From Chthoniobacterales bacterium (GTDB lineage Bacteria; Verrucomicrobiota; Verrucomicrobiia; Chthoniobacterales; UBA10450): a DNA stretch of 24,000 nt. The notes under the pieces were generated by a model that was not told where the DNA came from, did no database searches, and worked only from the letters and a program-made list of their open reading frames with translations. Within the stretch, counting starts at the first letter, position 1. Every line of letters begins with the position of its first letter. Where the stretch lies: assembly GCA_036825615.1 (NCBI GenBank), contig DAISXY010000004.1, positions 131,695 through 155,694 of the forward strand. Reading direction: 5' to 3'. This document shows positions 16,885 to 23,631 of this stretch, piece by piece. Position numbers and translations under genes: made by a program.

Positions 16885-16934
16885 CGGTGTTCTTTGTCGC
16901 GAGCTGTGCTTCGCGGGTGGGCAGCCGGTGCGGG

Positions 16935-17366
16935 TTATTCGGCGAGCTGCGCGCGCAAGGCGGGCCGGCGTCGCAAGACCTGGGTGAGCCTTTCGATCAC
17001 GCGCACGGTTGCCGGGCTGATGTGATGCTCCATTCCTTCCACATCGTGCTCGACTGTGCGGGAATCGAGCCCAAGGAGGGAAAGGAACTCGCTCAGAAGC
17101 TGGTGCCGCCGGGTGATGCTGCGGGCGACGGTTTCGCCCGCCGGGGTCAGGATAAGGCCGCGATACTTTTCGTATTTGAGGAGCCCGTCGGCGTCGAGGC
17201 GTTGCACCATGTTGGTTACGCTCGCCTGGGAGATTTTGAGGCTGGCGGCAATATCGACCACCCGGGCGTAGCCCTTGGAATTGATTAGCTCGAGGATGCG
17301 CTCGAGATAATCCTCGACCGCGGCCGAGCTGGCCGGGGCGCGACGGTTGTTGCCTTTGGGCTTCAT
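16935..17366 (-). CDS. mntR: DtxR/MntR-family metal-dependent transcriptional regulator
   Basis: This is ORF 16935..17405. The likely start is the ATG at the complement of 17366-17364 (MKPKGNNRR..), giving 143 aa. The sequence VEDYLERILELINSKGYARVVDIAASLKISQASVTNMVQRLDADGLL...TPAGE...RRHQLLSEFL...HDVEGMEHHIS is the DtxR N-terminal plus dimerisation domain pattern without an SH3-like domain, i.e. MntR-like. Confidence 0.85.
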   Translation of the reverse strand: MKPKGNNRRAPASSAAVEDYLERILELINSKGYARVVDIAASLKISQASVTNMVQRLDADGLLKYEKYRGLILTPAGETVARSITRRHQLLSEFLSLLGLDSRTVEHDVEGMEHHISPATVRVIERLTQVLRRRPALRAQLAE

Positions 17367-17435
17367 CTTTCGGCCGAAGATAAGCGGCCGTAAAAATTTG
17401 GGCAATCCAGAAAGTGATTTGACAGCGTATAGAAT

Positions 17436-17454
17436 TTAGGTTCACCTAACTTTG
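17436..17454. promoter_or_regulatory. DtxR/MntR-type operator in the mntR-mntH divergent region
   Basis: TTAGGTTCACCTAACTTTG matches the 19-bp DtxR-family consensus TTAGGTTAGCCTAACCTAA at 14 of 19 positions. The core palindrome is TTAGGT-tc-ACCTAA (17436-17449). It ends 12 nt upstream of the mntH ATG. Confidence 0.6.
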
Positions 17455-17466
17455 ATTCGTTCACCT

Positions 17467-18888
17467 ATGCACCGGCTCGCCCGCAGCAACCAACCGCCAG
17501 ACCCGGGCGAGCCGCCGGATCGCGCCTGGCGCCGGGCCGCCTCGGAGGTTTCGCTTCCCGAAGTCTATCGCAGCGTGGCGGTGCCAAAGGGAGCATCGTT
17601 CTGGCGCAAATTGCTCGCCTTCTCCGGCCCCGGCTTCCTCGTCGCGGTCGGTTACATGGACCCCGGCAATTGGGCGACCGATCTCGCGGGCGGGGCGCGC
17701 TTCGGCTACTCGCTCCTCTGCGTCATCATGATCTCGAACCTGATGGCGATCCTTCTCCAGCATCTCTGCATCAAGCTCGGGATTGCCACCGGCCGCGACC
17801 TCGCCCAGGCCTGCCGCGATCATTATTCCACTCCCACGGTCTGGTTCCTCTGGATCCTTTGTGAACTGGCGATCGCGGCCTGCGATCTGGCCGAGGTCGT
17901 TGGGTCGGCCATCGCCTTGCAGCTGCTTTTTGGAATTCCGCTCATCTGGGGCTGTTGCATCACGGCGCTCGATGTGCTGGCGGTGCTCTATTTGCAGAAC
18001 AAGGGCTTTCGCTACGTCGAAGCTCTCGTCATTACTCTGATTGCGACGATTGGCGGCTGCTTCGCGCTCGAGCTGATTTTCTCCCGCCCGAGTCTCAGCG
18101 GCGTCCTGCTCGGGTTTGTTCCCGGCCCGCACGTGCTCACCGATCCCGAGATGCTTTATGTCAGTATCGGGATTCTCGGGGCCACCGTCATGCCTCATAA
18201 CCTCTACCTTCATTCCTCGATCGTGCAGACGAGGAAGTTCGAACAAACCCCGGAAGGAAGGCGCGAAGCAATCAAGTTTGCGACCATCGATTCGAGCGGA
18301 GCGTTGATGTTCGCGCTCTTCATCAATGCCGCCATCCTCGTACTCGCGGCCGCGGCCTTTCATTGGTCCGGGCATCAGGAGGTGGCGGAAATTCAGGAAG
18401 CCTATCGTCTCCTCACGCCGCTGCTCGGCGTCGGACTGGCGAGCGTCCTCTTTGCTGTCGCCCTGCTCGCCTCCGGGCAAAACTCCACGCTGACCGGCAC
18501 ACTCGCCGGACAAATCGTCATGGAAGGCTTCCTCAACTTCCGCATTACGCCCTGGCTGCGGCGGGTCATCACGCGCGCGATCGCGATTGTGCCGGCTGTG
18601 CTGGTGATCGGGATTGCGGGAGAAGACAAAACGACCGAGTTACTGATCGCGAGTCAGGTCGTGCTCAGCATGCAATTAGGGTTTGCCGTCTGGCCGCTGA
18701 TGCGATTCACCGGAGAAAAAGCGAAGATGGGTGAGTTTGCCAACCCGGCGTGGATCAAGATCCTAGGCTGGCTTGTCACAACTGTCATCATTCTCCTGAA
18801 TCTCAAACTTCTCTTTGACATCTTCATGCCGCACTCGCTTTTGCAGGGGTTTTATGGCTTTCTCCATTTGCCGGTTCCGGAGCCGTAG
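17467..18888 (+). CDS. mntH: Nramp-family divalent metal (Mn2+/Fe2+) transporter
   Basis: This is ORF 17452..18888, and ATG 17467 is my preferred start (473 aa). It has the Nramp signature [28 protein letters not shown] and MPHNLYLHS, and is polytopic. Confidence 0.9.
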   Translation: MHRLARSNQPPDPGEPPDRAWRRAASEVSLPEVYRSVAVPKGASFWRKLLAFSGPGFLVAVGYMDPGNWATDLAGGARFGYSLLCVIMISNLMAILLQHLCIKLGIATGRDLAQACRDHYSTPTVWFLWILCELAIAACDLAEVVGSAIALQLLFGIPLIWGCCITALDVLAVLYLQNKGFRYVEALVITLIATIGGCFALELIFSRPSLSGVLLGFVPGPHVLTDPEMLYVSIGILGATVMPHNLYLHSSIVQTRKFEQTPEGRREAIKFATIDSSGALMFALFINAAILVLAAAAFHWSGHQEVAEIQEAYRLLTPLLGVGLASVLFAVALLASGQNSTLTGTLAGQIVMEGFLNFRITPWLRRVITRAIAIVPAVLVIGIAGEDKTTELLIASQVVLSMQLGFAVWPLMRFTGEKAKMGEFANPAWIKILGWLVTTVIILLNLKLLFDIFMPHSLLQGFYGFLHLPVPEP

Positions 18889-18894
18889 CACGAG

Positions 18895-19320
18895 ATGTAT
18901 CAACGCATCCTTGTTCCACTCGAAAACAGCTCGGCGGATGAAACCATCCTTGCTCACATCCGGCCGCTCGCCTGTCTCACAAAGGCCGCGCTCCTGCTCG
19001 TCCATGTCTCCGATGGCTGGGTCGCGCGCAACTTTGACCGGCTCCATCTCGCCGAGAGCGAGGAGATGAAGGAAGACCGCGTCTATCTCGATCGCCGCCT
19101 GCGAGAGTTACGCGATGAAGGGTTTGAATGCGAAGCGGTGCTCGCGCTGGGCGAACCTTCGGATGAGATCATCAAGCTCGCCCGCGAGAAAGAGGTCGAC
19201 CTCATTGCCATGACCACCCACGGCCATCGCTTTGTCAGCGACCTGCTTTACGGCGCGACGGCGGACAAGGTGCGTCACGCCGTCAATGTCCCGGTCTTGC
19301 TTCTGAAGGTGCAGGGATAG
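18895..19320 (+). CDS. Universal stress protein (UspA family)
   Basis: 141-aa ORF with MYQRILVPLENS... and the ATP-binding-type C-terminus DLIAMTTHGHRFVSDLLYGATADKVRHAVNVPVLLLK. It starts 6 nt after the mntH stop, so it is probably co-transcribed. Confidence 0.85.
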   Translation: MYQRILVPLENSSADETILAHIRPLACLTKAALLLVHVSDGWVARNFDRLHLAESEEMKEDRVYLDRRLRELRDEGFECEAVLALGEPSDEIIKLAREKEVDLIAMTTHGHRFVSDLLYGATADKVRHAVNVPVLLLKVQG

Positions 19321-19387
19321 GGATTCGAAATTCCGCGCGATTTACCCGCACTGGCGCAGAGACGGGGAATGGCCTAGGCTGAGCGAA

Positions 19388-19768
19388 ATGATGGGCCGGG
19401 TTCGTCGCGTCACGATTATCGTCGGCCTCTGCCTTTCGTTAGGCTTTCATTGGCTTGCCCTGCAATCGGTCGCCTGGACGACAATGCTGGTGAAAAACGC
19501 GCGCCATGTCTCGCTCAGCGAAGCGGTCGCGGAAACCTTTGACGGCAAGCATCCCTGTCATCTCTGCCGCGTCGTCGCGGCGGGCAAGAAATCGGAGAAG
19601 AAATCGGAGGTCGTGCCGGCGGTCGCGAAAATAGACCTGATTTGCACGACGCGGCGCTGGAGCTGCCTGCCGCCGTTCCGCCCTCATGTTTACGCCGGCC
19701 TGGTGGTAAGTTTCGACCAATATATCGAACAACCGCCTTCACCTCCTCCGCGCTCACTCCCGGGCTGA
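19388..19768 (+). CDS. Small membrane-anchored Cys/His-motif protein (HPCHLC), unknown function, first gene of the copper module
   Basis: 126-aa ORF with one N-terminal TM helix (VTIIVGLCLSLGFHWLALQSVAWTTML), followed by ETFDGKHPCHLCRVV. It reminds me of small HCxxC proteins (DUF2946-like) found next to copper-uptake genes, but I cannot verify the family assignment. Confidence 0.65.
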   Translation: MMGRVRRVTIIVGLCLSLGFHWLALQSVAWTTMLVKNARHVSLSEAVAETFDGKHPCHLCRVVAAGKKSEKKSEVVPAVAKIDLICTTRRWSCLPPFRPHVYAGLVVSFDQYIEQPPSPPPRSLPG

Positions 19769-19811
19769 GTTATACTCGTTAGGCTGAACTGCCGCGTGCG
19801 AGTGCACGGGA

Positions 19812-20849
19812 TTGCAGTCGGCCTTTCACCGGAACGTCGCGCTCGCCAGCCCGCGTTCCCAACACCTGAGGAGGAATCTTATCAAGACATTTCATATCTA
19901 TTTGTGGCCGAGCCTCGCCCTACTGGCAGCTTTTCTGGCCGCGCCGCGCCCGGCCTGGGCTCACGGGTTTGCCGGGCCCCGTTTTTTCCCGGCGACACTT
20001 ACAACCGACGACCCGTTTGTCGCCGACGAACTTTCTCTGCCAACCATCAGCACGATCCGCTCGCCGGAGGAGGGCGGGACCCGCGAGACCGAGATCTCAT
20101 TCGATCTCGCGAAACGCATCACCCCGCGGCTCGCGATCGAAATTGGTCAAGGTCTCACCCTTCTCGACCGGCACGAAGGAGGTTCGACGAGCGGGTTCGG
20201 CAACCTGGAAGTAGGCGCAAAGTATGAGTTGCTAAAAAGCCCGACTCACGAAGCGATCTTATCTGTCGGAGTGGACGCCGAAATTGGCGGGACGGGATCA
20301 GATGCGGTCGAGGCAGATTCCTTTACGACCTGGACACCTGCGGTCTTCTTCGGGAAAGGCTTCGGCGATTTGCCTGAGGGCGTGCGCTTTCTCAAGCCGT
20401 TCGCGCTTACCGGGCTGCTCGGGGTGGCGATTCCTTCCCGGGCCAGCACGCGCAGGACCATGGCCGATGAACTCACCGGACTGCAATCGATCGAGGTCGA
20501 GCGCCACCCGGCCACGCTGGAGTGGGGTTTTGCCCTTGAATACAGTCTTATCTACCTGCAATCGCAGGTGAAGGACTTACACCTGCACGCGCCCTTTGAC
20601 CGCTTGGTTCCACTCGTCGAGGTCGCGCTCCAGACCCCGCTCAATCGCGAAGGCCAGGGACAAACCAGCGGGACGATTAATCCCGGAGTGATTTGGTCGG
20701 GCCAGCATTTCCAGATCGGGGTCGAGGCGATGGTGCCGATTAACGATCGCAGCGGCGACAATGTGGGTGTGATCGCACAGTTACACTTTTACCTCGACGA
20801 CCTTTTTCCTCATAGCCTTGGCCGGCCGATCTTTGGAGGTGGGCGATGA
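19812..20849 (+). CDS. Outer-membrane beta-barrel protein (MetA-pathway/transporter-like OMP family), start codon uncertain
   Basis: This is ORF from TTG 19812. The signal peptide KTFHIYLWPSLALLAAFLAAPRPAWA|HGF only begins at codon 24 (ATC 19881), which lies 5 nt after a strong GAGGAGGA. The body has alternating beta-strand-like segments (LAIEIGQGLTLL, LEVGAKYELL, AILSVGVDAEI, FQIGVEAMVPI). Its stop overlaps the copC start (ATGA). Confidence 0.7.
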   Translation: MQSAFHRNVALASPRSQHLRRNLIKTFHIYLWPSLALLAAFLAAPRPAWAHGFAGPRFFPATLTTDDPFVADELSLPTISTIRSPEEGGTRETEISFDLAKRITPRLAIEIGQGLTLLDRHEGGSTSGFGNLEVGAKYELLKSPTHEAILSVGVDAEIGGTGSDAVEADSFTTWTPAVFFGKGFGDLPEGVRFLKPFALTGLLGVAIPSRASTRRTMADELTGLQSIEVERHPATLEWGFALEYSLIYLQSQVKDLHLHAPFDRLVPLVEVALQTPLNREGQGQTSGTINPGVIWSGQHFQIGVEAMVPINDRSGDNVGVIAQLHFYLDDLFPHSLGRPIFGGGR

Positions 20850-21208
20850 AAAGGATGCTCGTCCTTTTCTATCTCGCGCTGCTGACCTTCGGCGCGGTCG
20901 GAGTTGAGGCGCACGCTTTCCTCGAGCGCGCGAACCCCGGAGTAGGTAGCACGATAAAAGCATCGCCCAAGGAAGTGTCAATTCACTTCAGCGAAGCAGT
21001 CGAGCCCGCTTTCAGTACCATTCAGGTCTTGAACGCAGCCGGCAAAGAGGTGGACAAACGGGATCTGCACCTTACCGGTTCCGATCAGAGGCAACTCGCC
21101 GTCTCCCTGACCTTACTCCGCCCTGGCACTTACACCGTGGTCTGGCGTGCGGTCTCGGTCGACACACATGTCACGAATGGAAAGTTTCATTTCATCGTTA
21201 GTCGGTAG
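20846..21208 (+). CDS. copC: Copper resistance protein CopC (periplasmic Cu-binding, His-1 type)
   Basis: 120-aa ORF with signal peptide ..FGAVGVEA. The mature N-terminus is HAFLERANPGVGS, and the protein also has VVWRAVSVDTHVTNGKFHFIV, as in the CopC/YobA family. Confidence 0.9.
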   Translation: MKRMLVLFYLALLTFGAVGVEAHAFLERANPGVGSTIKASPKEVSIHFSEAVEPAFSTIQVLNAAGKEVDKRDLHLTGSDQRQLAVSLTLLRPGTYTVVWRAVSVDTHVTNGKFHFIVSR

Positions 21209-21220
21209 GCTAAAGGCCGC

Positions 21221-22294
21221 ATGTCGCTCAGCCTTCTGATTATTGCCCGCGCCGTGCAGATCGGCGCCGCGGTTCTCCTTGCGGGAATCTTCAGCTTCGA
21301 GTTGTTCGTGCTGCGAAGAAACGATTACTCGAACAGCGGTCACCTCCGTGTTACGCGGCTCTTGCTTCGTCTCGGATGCTGGAGCGCGCTCGCGGCGCTC
21401 CTTTCCGGTTTGCTCTGGTTTGGGTTTGAAGTCACGAGCATGAGCCGGCTCTCAGTGGCGGAAGCATTCCGCGGAACAAGTTGGCGGACGGTTCTTTCCG
21501 CGACCCGATTCGGACATCTCTGGGGAGTGCGCCTCCTCTTGCTCATCTTTTGCCTTGTGCTCATGGCGATCCGGGGGCGCAGCACCGATCGCGCGCAGCA
21601 TCGTTTTGCCTTTCTTTTGTGGCTGAGCGCAAGTGTATTTCTCATCTCACTTGCCCGTATCAGTCATGCCGCAGTTGCAGCTGAGCAACCGGTCGGGCTC
21701 ATCGGCGACGCAATTCATCTCGCCGCGGCCGGCGTGTGGCTCGGCGGCCTTCCCTGTCTCGCAATCTATCTCTTAGTTATGGTCGACTCGGCTTCTCCGC
21801 GAGTGTTGCGGCGTTTCTCGACTCTTAGTCTTGGTTGCGTCGTGGTGCTCACAGTGAGCGGACTATCAAACGCCTGGCTTCTCGTCGGGTCTGTGAAGGC
21901 GCTCTTCACGACCCGCTATGGCGCGCTGCTCCTGGGCAAGCTCGCGCTCTTTGGACTGCTGGTTATTCTTGGCGCGCGCAACCGCACCCTTGTGAGAAAT
22001 TTCCCGGCTGAAACGGCGCTCGCCGCACTTCACCGGTTGCGTCGTGGCATCGCGGGGGAAATTGCGCTTGGCGGCGCTATCATCGCGATTGTCGGCTGGT
22101 TAGGCGTAACGGCCCCGCCGCGGGCCGCGTTGCTTTCAGTTCCTGCGCAGGGCAAGATCTTGCCGCTATGTGAAAAAACTCGCCTAACGAGAATAGGATT
22201 GGGAATTGAGATTGACCGCAGCCCTAACCGCGATCGTGCCCGGCCTCCCCTTCCAGCTCCACTTTCATGGCGAGAAACTGGAGCAGATCCTTGA
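21221..22294 (+). CDS. copD: Copper resistance protein CopD (inner-membrane)
   Basis: 357-aa polytopic ORF starting 12 nt after copC, with CopD-like helices (RFGHLWGVRLLLL, ISHAA, AIHLAAAGVWLGGL). The last roughly 70 aa are non-membrane, and the final 71 nt overlap the convergent M50 gene. Confidence 0.85.
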   Translation: MSLSLLIIARAVQIGAAVLLAGIFSFELFVLRRNDYSNSGHLRVTRLLLRLGCWSALAALLSGLLWFGFEVTSMSRLSVAEAFRGTSWRTVLSATRFGHLWGVRLLLLIFCLVLMAIRGRSTDRAQHRFAFLLWLSASVFLISLARISHAAVAAEQPVGLIGDAIHLAAAGVWLGGLPCLAIYLLVMVDSASPRVLRRFSTLSLGCVVVLTVSGLSNAWLLVGSVKALFTTRYGALLLGKLALFGLLVILGARNRTLVRNFPAETALAALHRLRRGIAGEIALGGAIIAIVGWLGVTAPPRAALLSVPAQGKILPLCEKTRLTRIGLGIEIDRSPNRDRARPPLPAPLSWRETGADP

Positions 22295-23372
22295 GCGAGA
22301 GAATCCCGGCAAGCCGGCCGTTATCAACCACGAGCAGCCGGCTCGCGCCGGTCTGATGCATCCGGGCAAGGGCGCGGACCGCGTCGGTATTGGGTGAAAC
22401 GGTGTTCTGGCTGTCGCATTCCCCGGCAAACTCGCCCACCGTCCGCCGGTCCCATTCTTCGCGCGGCACTTCCTTGATCCGATTGATCGTTATGCAGCCG
22501 GCCAGGTGGCCATCGTCGACCACGGGAAAAAGCTTGTGATGATAGCGATAGATATAGTGATCCACGACCTCGCGTATGGTTGCGGAAGAGGGCACAGTGA
22601 TCGGGTTCTCGCGCATGAAATGCCGCACCGGTTCGCCCGCGAGCGCTTCCCGCAGGAGCATCTGCTGAAAAGTCATGCGTGAGGCGTTGCGGAGGAACAT
22701 TCCGATGATGAACCACCAGATGCCGCCGATGAGATTGCCGGTGAAAAATTGGTAAATGCCAAGGACACCAAGCACGATCCCGAAGCCGCTCCCGATCGAG
22801 GAGGCAATGCGCGTCGCCCAATGCAGGTTCTTCTTTGCCGCCCAGAGCGCCGAGCGCAGGACGCGTCCGCCATCGAGCGGGAAGGCCGGCACAATGTTGA
22901 AGGCAACGAGGACAAGATTGATCAACGCGAGATAGGCGAGCACGGCGGTGGCCGGCACCGGCAAGTTGAGCGTGGCCGAGAGCCAGGCCAGGCCAAAACA
23001 GCAGGCTGAGATAAGCACGCTCGCGATCGGCCCGGCGATCGCCATGAAGAATTCCGATTTCGGGTTCGGCGGCTCCTTCGCCATCTCGGCGACACCGCCA
23101 AAGATAAAAAGCGTGATGCCTTTCATCGGAATCCCAAAGCGGCGCGCGACAATCGAGTGGGCGAACTCGTGCACCACGATCGAGATGAACAAACCGAGCG
23201 CCCCGGCCACTCCCATCCACCAGTAAGTGGCGTGGGACAGGCCGCGATGTTGAGCGGGGAAATAACCGACGGCGAGCGTCCAGGTGATGAGGAAAGCGAG
23301 CACGAGCCAGCTCAGGTCGACGTGGACCTCGAATCCAAGCAGCTTGAAGAGGGTGAAGCGTTTTCCAAACAT
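22224..23372 (-). CDS. Site-2 (M50) family zinc metalloprotease with a C-terminal CBS pair
   Basis: This is ORF 22224..23420. The probable start is the ATG at the complement of 23372-23370 (MFGKRFTLFKLLGFEVHVDLSW), giving 382 aa. It has the motifs HEFAHS and NIVPAFPLDGGR, and the two CBS-like segments are ..ITVPSSATIREVV.. and ..VSPNTDAVRALARMHQTGASRLLVVDNGRLAGILSLKDL. Confidence 0.85.
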   Translation of the reverse strand: MFGKRFTLFKLLGFEVHVDLSWLVLAFLITWTLAVGYFPAQHRGLSHATYWWMGVAGALGLFISIVVHEFAHSIVARRFGIPMKGITLFIFGGVAEMAKEPPNPKSEFFMAIAGPIASVLISACCFGLAWLSATLNLPVPATAVLAYLALINLVLVAFNIVPAFPLDGGRVLRSALWAAKKNLHWATRIASSIGSGFGIVLGVLGIYQFFTGNLIGGIWWFIIGMFLRNASRMTFQQMLLREALAGEPVRHFMRENPITVPSSATIREVVDHYIYRYHHKLFPVVDDGHLAGCITINRIKEVPREEWDRRTVGEFAGECDSQNTVSPNTDAVRALARMHQTGASRLLVVDNGRLAGILSLKDLLQFLAMKVELEGEAGHDRG

Positions 23373-23631
23373 CTGAACTACCGCGGCGCGGGCGCGCTCT
23401 GGCTCAAGTTTGAAACGCACTCTCGGCCAGATTCAGACGTAAGCGAGCGGAACTCTGGGGAGGCGCGGCTGGGTTTTTCACTCCGGCTCGATGCGCGATC
23501 CTTCAGCTTCAGCAGACAAATCGCCGGAGAAAAGCATCTGGTTTGCACCGAGGCCGCGATATCCGTGGTGTGCCCAGGATTTAATTGCGTCGCCCTGCGA
23601 AATCTCTCGCGCACCACGGAGACACACTGCG

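Noticed and set aside
17461-18513. Long antisense or overlapping ORFs: 17461..18513 (-), 3853..4512 (-), 9964..10743 (+), 22324..23220 (-), 16789..17445 (-), 1773..2348 (+), 7172..7651 (-) and many shorter ones
   Set aside because: They lie opposite or out of frame to genes with clear family motifs. They are Arg/Pro/Gly/Ala-rich with no recognisable motifs, which is the usual stop-codon-poor artefact of high-GC DNA.
22224-22294. A 71-nt convergent overlap of copD and the M50 protease, and a 14-nt overlap of aguA and the VOC gene at 9145-9158
   Set aside because: 3'-end overlaps of convergent genes are common in compact GC-rich genomes. The copD tail has no recognisable motif and may be low-constraint. 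I see no evidence of a functional antisense arrangement.
5427-23032. Enrichment of the HIP1-like palindrome GCGATCGC, with at least six copies (for example 5427, 6220, about 7523, about 17873, about 18583 and 23025)
   Set aside because: It is above a mononucleotide expectation of about 1. However, it is a GC-rich palindrome that is easily produced by the common codon string GCG-ATC-GC(N) (Ala-Ile-Ala) in this codon usage. The copies are all in coding sequence, so it is not convincing without a genome-wide, codon-aware test.
23373-23631. A possible structured 5' leader upstream of ackA (CCGTGGTGTGC at about 23562-23572 pairing with GCGCACCACGG at about 23610-23620)
   Set aside because: It is a single imperfect long-range complement in a divergent promoter region, and I recognise no riboswitch consensus in it. 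The evidence is insufficient.
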